Source: Paramoeba atlantica
Lineage: Eukaryota > Protista > Discosea
Direction of reading: 5' to 3'
DNA: 64,000 nt
Assembly (NCBI GenBank): GCA_977017575.1
Contig: CDRNVI010000018.1
Coordinates: 186,001 to 250,000, forward strand
The stretch's first letter is position 1; each line of letters opens with the position of its first letter. The notes under the pieces are model-generated. The model was not told where the DNA came from. It searched no databases and saw only the letters and a list, made by a program, of their open reading frames with translations. The position numbers were made by a program, and so were the translations under genes. Positions 43,196 through 54,588 of this stretch are shown one piece after another.

Positions 43196-43429
43196 GAACA
43201 ATCATATATACGCCCACACATGGTTCTGGTTCGGAAGACGCCGTTCCTCGAGCGCCTTAAATCCCTTTCAGCTCGGTTCGGTGACTTTTCAACCGGTGTG
43301 ATGTACAACGCTTTGAACTTTACGTTTCGAAACAGTATAAAGACAGCCAATTTCTCCTGTAGGAAGCAAAGTTTCCGCATTGAAGACAAATCTCGATGCC
43401 TCTGCATTGTGATTTCTTGGATTTTTATT

Positions 43430-43704
43430 TTTATTTTTTTTTTTTTAAGGGGGGAGAAGTATGAATCGCGGCATTGCCTCTATATTTTGACCCAGTAGAC
43501 GAACCAAGTAGGTCCATTGGGGGGGGTATACGAGTTGAAAATAAGCAATCAAATTAGCAAATCTTTTTGTTTCCACAGATGTAACTTTTGTTTTTTCTCT
43601 CAGCCCAAAACTAGCAATTTAATCTCCCCTAAGTATATACTACAAACAAGAAACAGTAAAAACTAAAACAAGCAATACAGACCCAATCCATTCGCGCGTT
43701 CCGT
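43430..43704 (-). mobile_element. 3'-UTR-only family 1 copy, inverted
   Basis: Reverse complement of about 41440-41695, with a T-run at its left end. Confidence 0.85.
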
Positions 43705-46145
43705 TTTTTTTTTTTTTTTTTTTTAATATAGAGGCAAAAAAACAAAGACAAAAAATATATTCTATTTTTTTTTTTAGTATTGAGTCTAACTTTTTATGTA
43801 TGGAGTCCAACAAGATCTTTTTTTTATTTATATATGTATGTACGGTATGACTTTCTGGACCGGGTCTTTCGACCTCTCCCAGCTTGCCTTGGTAACCCTG
43901 CTCTTGTTGTACGAGAGGGCGCAAGCAATGGGCCTCCGCCGGCAGCGGAACAGTCACAGAACCAGGTGGTGGCCGACGGGGAGGGGCAGGGTCCCCTCCC
44001 CGGGCACTACCTCACTTGGGGTACCTAGCCGACGGGGGCTAGGTGTGAGTATAGGTCCTGCCGACTCGACCAACACCCGACGGGTTCAGGCTGGTGAATG
44101 GGGGGGGGGGCGAGAATCACGTAGTTCTCAAATCTCGGAGCCGTAGCCTACGAGGTCTGAATCGGGGGTGGGAGGAGAGCGCAGCACCATCATTCGCGCT
44201 TGTGATCTCATCAAGGTAATGTTCAGGGCAGTTAACAGTTCGTGTAATGCGTCTGCTTTGGATAGGTTCGCGGATTGGAGTGAGCGGTTGACCGATAAAT
44301 CTCGAATGACGGCCATAGCGCTTGGGGACCAAGATCCATACGATTCGACAGCCATGGCGGCGAATCTGAGCTTGGCCGCTTCGGCTTCTTCCCTTTGTTT
44401 CTGCTTATGCTCTGTCGCGTATCTTTCGGCGAAGGATCCCGCCTCAACCAAGTTAGCATCACGGACCAAGTCCGTATACTTCGTTTGCTGAACATTGGTG
44501 ACGGCGAAATCAAGGACCAGACCCTGGCCAAGGCAAAACTCTTTAATAAACACATCGGCCGGTCGGGTCCGACCACCCCCTGGGCCCGTATTATCTAGGC
44601 TGACTTCACGCTTCGTTGTCAGCCCAGACCTGTTGCAGTCTAGGGAAAATTGTCGAGCGAGAGCGTTGTGTCGGGCAATGATACCGTGCCCACTCTTACA
44701 AGAAAGGGCGTGGTCTCCTTCAGGGCCCAATGGCAATCCACATTTGTCCATAGGACAGGGCCTGGCCTTTGGGTAAACGTCGTTACCGAGCCACCACCGG
44801 GTTAGGATGCGAAATTCGGTGGGGGTGAACGCATGACCGTTGTTCTTTGATGGGGTTACGAACGCCCACTCCGATGCGCCATTCCCCGTTTGGGAAACCC
44901 ATCTGGCTCTGGTTCTGGCATCAGCTTTCGCGTATTCCAGCTCATATTCATGAGAGGAAATCGCCTGGCTTAGCTCGCGCTGGCGGGGGATTACCAGTTT
45001 GGGGCGGGATTCTGTGTTAAGTGATTCGCTTGGGTGGGCTGCGTCCGGGATATCTTCATCAGAGCGTGTGCTCTCGGGGTACGATTGTTCCGGTGAGGAG
45101 GGGGAAGGGGGCTTTATAATTCTCCCGGAGTTAGAAACGAGGTCGTATCCTGCACGACTATTCACATCCCGTACTGCCGACTCGAAGCCTTGGGCTTGCA
45201 TTGGGTCCCAACGATCCTTAGAGGATGCGGAAGCGACTGACGATACGTAGGCTGATGTGGCATGCGATTCCGCTGAGCGCAGTCCAAACCCCCCATACCT
45301 CTTGTCACGTTGCGCCTGTCGTCGAGCAGCGCCACTCAAGGGACCAACGAAACGCTCTGCTGCGTGCTGGACTGCATTATCTAGGCGTTGGCAGAGGTCC
45401 TGTAGCTCTGTTGCGGGTGTAGTTCGAAGTGTATGCACCATTTGACAGAATCCGGTACAATGACGGATGAGAGATAAGGCTACCTGTGGATCTTCCAGCT
45501 TTTCGATCGCGTCAAGGGACTCCTCAGCTAGGCTGACCGCGTTGTCTATAAGGTATCGGCGACAGTGGGGCGTGGATCCGATGGGGCTGCCTAGGATGGT
45601 GCCTAGTTCTCTGTCTCGAACGAGTCGCTCAGCTCGTAGTGCTGCCCTTTTTTCGTCTTCCCCTAAACTGGATGCCTGGGTCTGGGGTTTGCGTTTGCGC
45701 CGTAGACTGGATATGGCGTCGCTCCAGAGGGACGAATACTCTTGTTGGTTCCATCTAGCTAGGCTTTTACGAACGAAAGACGCATAAGAGGTTTTGTTCC
45801 CGCTACCGCCCCGGTGTGGGGCTGGGAGTACGCATTTAGGAAGCATAGCGAGGCGGGTCCAAGCCTCCAACGTGTTATCCAGTATGGCTGCATTCAAGCA
45901 TGAGGTAAACACTCGAGAGCATTCCGCCTTGCAGCAATTTGGGATGTGTTTGCTTGTGATAATAGGCGATGCACACACCGAAGACAAGGCCGGTAAGGAG
46001 ACGTCAATATCCATCGTCGAATGCGACTGTTCATTCGCATTAAGAGATGGATCTCCCGAAATGATTACTGTTTGTGGGGATGTTGTAATGCCTGTTGGCG
46101 GTGTGCTGCGGACCGGTGTAGTCTTCTGGGATAGCGCTTGTTGGT
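43705..46145 (-). mobile_element. Diverged family 1 copy, 5'-truncated, with in-frame deletion of most of the RT (ORF 44128-46014)
   Basis: AERLVRDRE|LGTILGSPIG skips the QGDP and YLDD motifs. The RLE (RHN, RPAD, LDFAV) is intact. Confidence 0.88.
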
Positions 46146-46179
46146 CTTTGTTGATTTGTTTATTAATCTTACTCCTTCA

Positions 46180-49100
46180 ATGGGAGTGGTCACCCGCTCC
46201 AAGGCAAAAGAAACAGGAGTAGCTCCTGAGATTCTGCCTCTCATGCCCGTCCGTCGCAGAAAGAAATCGGCACCCATCGCACCGGACACTCTGCCACGGA
46301 AAGCTCCACCCAGACTGAAGTCCACGACCGCGCCCACTGCGCCAACATCGCCGCCACGCCCTCCAACGGAGTGTCTGCCACCGCCATTCTCGCCTCCCCG
46401 GGCTTCCTCTTCTCCGCCACCCTCGCCGCCCCCCACCGTCGCCAACTCAAGCACTCCAAGCAAAGAATCTCCAAGCAAGAAACCGCTAGGCGAATCACCA
46501 CGTAGCCAGAAGAAAAGAAGCCATCAACGTATATCTTTTTATGATTTCAAAAAGAGAATGGATACGAAACAAGAGGAAGAAGAGAAAATTAAAGCGCAAG
46601 ACAAAAGTGAGCCTGTACAACACACCCCTCTTATGGATGAAGTCGAAAGGAACATTCCGCCGTCCCCGACAGCCCTCCCGCCGACTAATCATTTGCAACC
46701 ACTCCCTCCGACGCCGCCATCTTACTCGCAACGGCAAAATAGCACCACGACGGCAGAATCACCCTTGCAAACAAACGAAAAGCAGGCCTCGCAGATCAAA
46801 GTACGTCGAAGCTTTCATGAACTGATGAAAAAATTTGAAGCAGAAAAAAAAGAGAATCAAGCGAAATTGGAAGCTGAGAAAAAAGAACAACAGGCTGCGC
46901 GTTTGAAAGTCTACGCGACGACGGCAAAAAATTCCTATACTCTGCTGAACTCTGCCACGTCTTACATTGGGGCGGCAGCGAAGGCCCTCCTCACATCGTC
47001 AACCGGAAGGATCAGGAGCCCTTCACCCATCGGTGATCCGAACCAAATCGACGACCGGAACCAAACAAGTGTTCGGATCTCCAAAAGCCGAATAGTCGAG
47101 AGTGAAATTCCCTGCGATACACAAGTGAAGGCGAATTCGCAAAAGATGAACCACGACGATGCATCTGAAGTCGCACCATCCAAAGTTAGAGCACAAGAAA
47201 CAAAGGAACGCGGAGCGATGCCGAAAACTCCGAAAGCATCCGAGACGACAGAAACGAAAGCAAAAGAACAGGAAGTGGAAATGTTGCCAGACCCGAAAGA
47301 TCCACGATTCGAAGGTTACAAATGGGTCGGGAATGGGTATGTACACGACGTTTATGCTTTTGACATCTTTTCGGACACACCCGACACAACGTCGGCTCCA
47401 GCGCATGCTTTTTTTCCGAACAGTGAACCGCAAAATTTGCCGGAAACACCACAAACGCCCAGCTCTGAACGTTGCTTCTCAGATTGTATCTCAACACCTC
47501 GGAACGCAAACAGTACTTTCTCAGACTCTAACTCAACGTCCGATCCACCTCGCGAGCCTCCAAGCCCTCCTCAATTTCCGCTCGAGAAATCAGACGACGA
47601 AAGATTGGTTGTCTTATCAGAGGAAATCGGAACATCAGAAAATCAAGAAACAAAATCCGACACCCCCGAGGTGAATGCATTACCCCGGCCACTCGCGCCC
47701 AACGTCGACGCCCGAGAAGCTGTGAGATTCGTTGAGCAAAGTTCATTCGTCGTGCGACCCGCCGACACTTCAGAAAACAAGGATGCAGACAGCATAATTT
47801 TCGTCGAGCATGCAGCATCTCAGGACATTTGCGAAGACTTGCTAAACAATATCAATTCGGATTCACATTTCCCTATACAAGCAGAGCAAATCTGGAAGCT
47901 TTCGTCACATTTAAAGAAAGGATCCCTGTGCACGATTGCCTGGACGTTTAGCAATCAAAACAATATGAACATTTCGATGGGGAAAATCACGAGCGTGTAC
48001 CGACGCAAAGGAACAGGAAGGCTCAACATGCAGTATAAAGGAATTACGGGACACAAGCTAGGAGAAGATTTTTCAGGGACATTACCACCACACGAAAGTG
48101 TCCGAATCTATAAGATAGTTTGGCATGCATCCGCTCCAACCTCGAACAAGATGGAAACGCACAATGAGCACGGCCAGGTGAAGCAAATCACAGAATCAGA
48201 AACCCCCATCCCAGCCGCCCATCTCTGATTGGACTCCTGATGATTTAGATCGCTCGCCGATACCGACCTCGCGAATAATCCAGGCGGAGCTAATTCCAGC
48301 AGCAATAGCCACATATCGGGAACTTATGAGTGACTATGCGCACAGCACGTATACTCAAAGACACAAAATTTGGCACGACGTTTTGTCCGCTATGAAGAGC
48401 TCTCTTGCTTCAATCAGACAGGCTTCCAATCGCAGAAGACGCCGTCGACCTTTTCCAAGTGATGAAAATAACAATAGTGAAAACAATGGGGAAAATAAAA
48501 CAGAGGACAGTGCAACCCTGTTGGCCTCCGATACGCGCGCGATCAAAAAAGCTACGAGGCTTGCCCTGGAAGGCTGCTCACGCAGGGCAGCGAAAGTGAT
48601 GGATCAAACTTATGCGCCAAACCCTTTATCGGATCAAGAGACACTTCAAAAGCTCAACGACCTTCATCCGCAAAACCCGTATCATATAAACCTCCCTGAG
48701 GACGCACCGCTGCTGACAGCGCTAGGACCTGATGAATTAAAAGCGGCGAGCCAGAAATTGGCTAAGGGTGCTAGCCCGGGGCCCACAGGAACAACCGACG
48801 GATTGGTAAGGCTGTTGATCGACGACCCGGTGTGTAGCATGAGCTTATGCCATATGATGATGGATCTCATTAACGGATTCCTCCCTAAAGAAGTGATGCG
48901 TCGGCTCACCCGCGCCAGGCTGGTCGCGCTCCACAAACCGAATGGTGGAATAAGACCTGTCGCCATTGGGGAAGTGTTGATGAAATTAGCGGGATGCATT
49001 CTCGTACAAAGATACGAGAACATTCTAGAGCCACTGTTCGCGCCATTACAGCATGGAGTACTATCGAAGGCAGGGTGCGAACGGGTAGTACACACCCTAA

Positions 49101-50550
49101 ATGATCTGTATCTTGCTGGCTCAAACATTGTATCCATTGACGTCAAAAACGCATTCAATTCCCCTTCGCGCACGAAGATAGCCAAAGCAGTTTTTGGGTT
49201 AGCCACTTTAAAACCTTTTCATCGCTTCTTCTATGCAGAGTACTCGGAGGCGTCGGAGCTGTGTTATTACGGATCGTGGGGTCGACTCACCGGGGCTCTT
49301 TCGAGCACAAACGGTGTACGTCAAGGTTCCACTCTCTCAACAGTATACTTTTGCGCCTTTTTACAACCAATTATTGAAACTTTGGCTGCAGAATTCCCTG
49401 ACATCACGATTGCTGCATACGTTGATGATATTAACCTCGCTTCCCACGACACGCAACTCTTAAGCAAAGCTTTTGTACGCCTAAAAGAACTGCTGGCAGC
49501 GGAAGATCTCCTCGTATCAACTGAAAAGTGCGTCTGGTTCAGCGGGGTAAACAAGGAGCCTTTACCTGATGACATCAGGGATGCAGGGGTGAGAAATGAA
49601 GAAGATGCACTGAAAACACTCGGAGCTTTTATAGGAGATGATGATAAAGTTAGTGAGAAACTTTTAAGTACATTCAAAAAGCACGATGCAATTTTCAGGA
49701 GACTCAAGCTCATGGGAGCAAACAACGTGTCAACCCAATTGCTGTCAAAATGTGTAAACGTACGGCAAACTTATCACATGCGTGTACATAACCCAACTGC
49801 GACTGAGGCATTAACGTTCAATTTTGACAATGCCATTGCGGAAGTTCTCACTTCGTGGTTTGGAAAGCTATAATAGTTTACGGTAAGAAATTCAGGCGAG
49901 AGCTTATTACGTATAGTTTTACTTATCATTGAAAATGTGACTGTTGATTGATTGATTTCGTAAATTCATTAGAAAAGTTATTAACGGATGTGTATGTGCT
50001 TAGGGACTATTCAAATACAAAATCTACACGTTTTCGAAAAGAGACAGAAGTGCGTATTTCTGGAATTAGATACTTTATATTGTTTCTGCTTTATTGAATG
50101 TTCGGACGCCTCGCTGCGGATTTCTCCGACGACCAGATTTCGCTACTTAGACTACCTGTAAAGAAAGGAGGCCTGGGTCTGACTGCGTGTCTATCTACCC
50201 GCAAAGCGGCATATGAATCTTCGAAATTCACAGTTCTTGAACGCCCAAAAACCAATTCAGTTCGGACTGGGGAATTCCAAGAAGCGAATGCCAACATGCA
50301 TAAGGACGTACCAGTAGACGAATCAACGCAGGCGGCAGAGATACACGCGCAAACTTGGGTGCAACTCACGGAGTCGGAATCTCCCATGGCATCTATATTG
50401 CAAGCAACGACGCATAAAGGAAACTACGCATGGATCATGTCAAGCGCACGGTTTGTGCCATCTCATCTATTCACTCTGGCACTTTTACCTAGGCTAGGTC
50501 TAACTCATCCGGAACTTCCACCCCGAATGTTATGCCCAGGATGCAAAGTT
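46180..50550 (+). pseudogene. CRE-like family 2 near-full-length copy: low-complexity N-terminus, beta-barrel-like domain, RT; frameshift near 48200 and insertion at 49870
   Basis: ORFs 46138-48228 and 48326-49873 are offset by one base, and the homologue at 62336 is a single frame. GVRQGSTLS, AYVDD. It continues at 50125-50550 and 55651-56280. Confidence 0.88.
49870..50124 (+). mobile_element. 255-bp non-autonomous YR-element derivative (termini only)
   Basis: Left end ATAATAGTTTACG..GAAATTCAG and right end CCTCGCTGCGGATTTC resemble the ends of elements B and C. It interrupts SWFGKL|SDDQ. Confidence 0.75.
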
Positions 50551-50725
50551 ATAAGTTTACGATATGAAATTTAGGAGACTTTATATTGTGCGTTGATATG
50601 TATATGGTGCCCCGAAAGGGGTCTAAACTATGTCTTCAAATTCCACCCCGAAATGGGTCTAAACTATTTATTTGTATACCAGGGACAGAATGTAATTATG
50701 AAATATATATTAGTGACATTTCCTC

Positions 50726-50761
50726 CTTTAACGATAAAGATACAGTTTCTGTACCTTGTTG
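50726..50761 (+). other. Spliced-leader exon joined at the AG acceptor of element C
   Basis: The SL is absent from A2. It is fused to TGACATTTCC, which in A2 follows TATTAG. Confidence 0.9.
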
Positions 50762-50797
50762 TGACATTTCCTCCTTTAAAACATCAAAAACGTTTTC

Positions 50798-51832
50798 ATG
50801 GCAGGTATTTTAAATACCGTGCGCCGAACACTCTCCATGGGCCGGCAGGATAGTCCACCTCCTCGTGACCCGCATGAACCTGTCAGTCCAACCTTCCAGC
50901 AAACCGGAGAGCAGCGACACACGCTAAACCCGGAGCAGGTGGCGGCCTTGCTTCGCGGCGGCGATGGCGCGGAAGCCATGACAGAGGAAGTTAAGCTGCA
51001 ATTTGCGGCTAAAGTAAAGTCCCTCCTTGAGCGGGGATATGAAGTTTCTGTTGAGGCGGTATGGGGGCATATCGGCGAAACACACCGTCAAACAGTTATC
51101 GGCGTGATTGCTCTCAAAGGGGATGGATCAGGAAATTTGGAAGCCAAATGGGCCGACGAGCCGGGTATGGCTTACGATTTCCCCTTTCCGGACATTAACT
51201 ATTTTTCGTTAGAAATTACCAGCGTCCGTGCGGTTATGCCCGGGGGTAGGAAGACTGACGAGACTCCGCCCACATCCAAGATTATCACCGACCCAGCGAA
51301 ATTCACCACCTACGAGCCTTTGACGTGGGGTCCTTGGCTGGAATCCGAAGATGAACTCCGTGTACGTGACCTCATTCGCGATCTTCGAGCCGCGCCGGAA
51401 TTTGGTTTGTTGTTCAACTCGCCCCCTATACGAGAGCGGCTGTTTAAGATAATCCAGGAGTGGGTGTATGCAGCCCGTGTGTTCCCTATGTGGCGCGAAG
51501 AACACTTCTTGGCGATCGTCCAAACAGCTATAGAGGAGCTTCGAAACCACTACTGGTCCTCCCAGGGTATTCCTATTGAAAACTTGCAGTTAAAGCTGCA
51601 CAAAGAGGACGAAACCAAAGATGCATATTCCAAGGTTGTCGCAGATGAGAAACTTCGCCAGTTGCGCACCACTAAGATGACTAAACCCGGTTTACTATGT
51701 TATAAGTGCCATAAGCCCGGTCATTTCCGTGCACAGTGTCCTATCCTCAATCAGCCGGTACAACGTACAAACACTTCGGGTTTTCGTTTGGGGGTGACGG
51801 GCGGCACCGCTGGTGCGAAGCGGGGCCAATAG
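50798..51832 (+). CDS. Gag-like ORF1 of element C with CCHC knuckle
   Basis: CYKCHKPGHFRAQC; homologous to the element B gag. Confidence 0.88.
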   Translation: MAGILNTVRRTLSMGRQDSPPPRDPHEPVSPTFQQTGEQRHTLNPEQVAALLRGGDGAEAMTEEVKLQFAAKVKSLLERGYEVSVEAVWGHIGETHRQTVIGVIALKGDGSGNLEAKWADEPGMAYDFPFPDINYFSLEITSVRAVMPGGRKTDETPPTSKIITDPAKFTTYEPLTWGPWLESEDELRVRDLIRDLRAAPEFGLLFNSPPIRERLFKIIQEWVYAARVFPMWREEHFLAIVQTAIEELRNHYWSSQGIPIENLQLKLHKEDETKDAYSKVVADEKLRQLRTTKMTKPGLLCYKCHKPGHFRAQCPILNQPVQRTNTSGFRLGVTGGTAGAKRGQ

Positions 51833-54588
51833 GGAAGGCCCCCCACCCCTTACATCGCTCGTGCCCTACCGCTGCTCAAGCGCAGGGTGAATACACCAGG
51901 ACTCGCTCGTGCCCGTCCGCTGAAAAAGCGGCGGGTGAACTTATCAAGCATTTCTTCGCCTTTATCCAAGCTTATAGTTCCATCACATGCAAGTGTTGCG
52001 TTCCCTCCTCAGGGGTTCACAAAACAATTACCTCAAAAGCGTCCCAAGCCCGTACCCCACGCTCCAAAACCAGAACACAAGGAAGCATTCGCAAAGCGAA
52101 AATTAACATGTACAATGCTAAACATACATCAGCAAAGCGCGATAGTGGAACGGGTGTGGCGCGCAATCGAACCAATGTGGACGACCACCACGTGGATGAC
52201 ACGCAGTCGTCTGTGGGACCGCCTCGCCAGCTTTTGCACGGCAGAAATGCTCGGCATCGAACCAATCAACGCCGTCGTATTTCTAAATCAATTGCACCTC
52301 GCACCGGCGACCATTCTCGCATACACCAGGAGTCTTCAAGCAATTTTCAATCTCGCCAAGATGCCCACGGGTCCACTACAGCTTTACGCAAAAGCACTAC
52401 AGGCCAGGGGAGCATTAGAGCCAACCAGACAAATGACACCAGCAACACCATGGCACATTCAAAAGCTCAGATCCGTCCTGAGACCAAGAGACTCAATGGC
52501 GGTGCTCATATGTTGGAAGGCTGTCGCTCGGTGGACCGAAGTCGCGGACCTCACCAAGGACCGATTCGTCAAGTACAATCCAGAGGAAGTAATCGTGTAC
52601 TGGGGAAGGAACACGAAGACGACAAGGCTAAACCCGTATCGAATCTCCATGTGTACGACAATACGCGGTCAAGGAACTCCGGAAATAGCTCGATACGTGG
52701 GCAGTATGATAGCAGGTCAAAGGATAAGTATCACAACAGTACACGAGATGGACCGTGCAATACGCAAGATTCTGGGACAGAATTTCGGGACTCACTCAAT
52801 AAAAAGGGGGGCAGTGACACACCTATTCCGGGAAATCGCTCTAGGAAAGGCAACAATCGCCGACGTGCAAACTATCGCAAAGCATCAGAGCATAAACTCC
52901 CTCTTACGGTACAACGCCGACTTGGTCACGACGGCGAAGGCCCTTGGTACGCATCGAGCTTCGGCCCTCCTGCCGCTCCAATAACCCAAAAGGAGGTTGA
53001 TAAATGCCTCGAACAGGTGCCCCATGTTAAACGATATAGTATACTATGTGCTCGACGGTCGTCTCGTTTGGCACAGGCTAAAGATATGCATTACCCTTTG
53101 CATGTGAAGAGCGGAATTCCAAGTATGGACCTAGATAAACTCAAAGAATGGATGCGTCACGACACGCGGTATCGTTTTAACGAGGTTCTCAACAAATTAT
53201 TTTGCACTCGAATTTCCCCTCAACCGCAGCCCCCAATCAAGGGAAACCTGCTACCCTCTGATATTACTGAATTATTAGAGGCCAATGTAATTGAAAGAGT
53301 AACCCAGGACGCGGCGCAAAAGGCGCCGACCATACAGTATCTCGTTCCCTTCACAGTAGTCGAAGCGGATGAGGGAGGACAATTCCGACGCAGATTTATT
53401 TCATGGACGCTCGACGATAATGAGCGCCTTAAGGACTACAAACCAGCCGTACCTCTCCTCCACCCTTCCAAATATTTGCATCGCGCTGAAGCGGAGGTCG
53501 GGGTTAAAAGGGACCTGAAGTGTGGATTTTACCAAGTCCCGGTTCCAACGAAGGTCCGTGCGAAGTTTCGATTTCGCGGTGGAGATGGTAATCTCTACCA
53601 AATGAAGGTTATGCCTATGGGGCATCGATGTGCCCCGGAAATCATGCAGGTTATAACTTCTGTTTTGGCCGGAGATCCGGCGGTATGTAAGCCGGGAGCT
53701 ACGTTTGCCGACAGTGGCATCGACGTGTACGTCGACGGGGTTCGATATGCAGCGAATGAACAACAGGCCAGCGAATATGCGCAAAAAATTGATTCGCGAT
53801 GCAAGGCAGCCAATGGCCTATTCAAGGAGGACGGATCTCCCCCGGAGACACAGTACGTATTTAATGGAGTTAAATACGATCACACAGTACATAGGGTTAG
53901 CCTGGGACCCCGTGTACTAGCCAAACTGAAGCGCGATCGATTCGGTACAATCACATATGCCCAATTGGAGACGGCGGTGGGGCGTCTCCTCTACGCTTCA
54001 GCGGTACTCGGTTACGTTATTCCTCGTTTTCACTTCACACTCAAGATAGCGAGACGCAGAATCAATCTACTCAATCGTAATTTACACCTCGCGGATGACC
54101 CGGTTCCCCTCCCGAAACATACGCGGTGCATTTTGGCATCTTGGAGAGATGAACTTTTGACGAATACGCCGATCGAGCCCCCACCGCACCCGGATGTTGT
54201 GCCCCATAAACATAGTCTCTACACGGATGCCTCTGGCAAGGGATGGGGTGCGGTACTTTATCTTGATGATGGACAAGTTCATATTACAGGGGATTCTTGG
54301 CCAAGAGAATTTTGCTATGAAGTTAACCATGCCGAAGCCATGGCCGTTACTAATGCCATGAGGGATTTCGGACATCATTTTCAAAAAGGAACGTGTTTAG
54401 ATCTGTTCATTGATAACACATCCTGCCAAGGCGCTATTAACCGACGGGTTGCTAACTCCGACAATATAGCAAAGGAGTTAAAGAAAGTTTTAGAAATGAA
54501 TCAGCTAGCAGGCATCTGCATCAAGGCGCAGTATATCCGCTCCGAGCACAACCCGGCAGATCCTGTAAGTCGTTTAGACAGACACTGA
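51736..54588 (+). CDS. RT-RNase H of element C (950 aa; N-terminal part overlaps YR)
   Basis: KRDLKCGFYQV, MPMGHRCAPE, YVDG; LYTDAS, AEAMA, IDN, HNPADPVSR. Confidence 0.92.
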   Translation: MSYPQSAGTTYKHFGFSFGGDGRHRWCEAGPIGKAPHPLHRSCPTAAQAQGEYTRTRSCPSAEKAAGELIKHFFAFIQAYSSITCKCCVPSSGVHKTITSKASQARTPRSKTRTQGSIRKAKINMYNAKHTSAKRDSGTGVARNRTNVDDHHVDDTQSSVGPPRQLLHGRNARHRTNQRRRISKSIAPRTGDHSRIHQESSSNFQSRQDAHGSTTALRKSTTGQGSIRANQTNDTSNTMAHSKAQIRPETKRLNGGAHMLEGCRSVDRSRGPHQGPIRQVQSRGSNRVLGKEHEDDKAKPVSNLHVYDNTRSRNSGNSSIRGQYDSRSKDKYHNSTRDGPCNTQDSGTEFRDSLNKKGGSDTPIPGNRSRKGNNRRRANYRKASEHKLPLTVQRRLGHDGEGPWYASSFGPPAAPITQKEVDKCLEQVPHVKRYSILCARRSSRLAQAKDMHYPLHVKSGIPSMDLDKLKEWMRHDTRYRFNEVLNKLFCTRISPQPQPPIKGNLLPSDITELLEANVIERVTQDAAQKAPTIQYLVPFTVVEADEGGQFRRRFISWTLDDNERLKDYKPAVPLLHPSKYLHRAEAEVGVKRDLKCGFYQVPVPTKVRAKFRFRGGDGNLYQMKVMPMGHRCAPEIMQVITSVLAGDPAVCKPGATFADSGIDVYVDGVRYAANEQQASEYAQKIDSRCKAANGLFKEDGSPPETQYVFNGVKYDHTVHRVSLGPRVLAKLKRDRFGTITYAQLETAVGRLLYASAVLGYVIPRFHFTLKIARRRINLLNRNLHLADDPVPLPKHTRCILASWRDELLTNTPIEPPPHPDVVPHKHSLYTDASGKGWGAVLYLDDGQVHITGDSWPREFCYEVNHAEAMAVTNAMRDFGHHFQKGTCLDLFIDNTSCQGAINRRVANSDNIAKELKKVLEMNQLAGICIKAQYIRSEHNPADPVSRLDRH
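51887..52984 (+). CDS. Tyrosine recombinase of element C (same frame as gag, open from 51833)
   Basis: WKAVARWTE, GTHSIKRGA, AKHQ..LLRY. Confidence 0.92.
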   Translation: MNTPGLARARPLKKRRVNLSSISSPLSKLIVPSHASVAFPPQGFTKQLPQKRPKPVPHAPKPEHKEAFAKRKLTCTMLNIHQQSAIVERVWRAIEPMWTTTTWMTRSRLWDRLASFCTAEMLGIEPINAVVFLNQLHLAPATILAYTRSLQAIFNLAKMPTGPLQLYAKALQARGALEPTRQMTPATPWHIQKLRSVLRPRDSMAVLICWKAVARWTEVADLTKDRFVKYNPEEVIVYWGRNTKTTRLNPYRISMCTTIRGQGTPEIARYVGSMIAGQRISITTVHEMDRAIRKILGQNFGTHSIKRGAVTHLFREIALGKATIADVQTIAKHQSINSLLRYNADLVTTAKALGTHRASALLPLQ

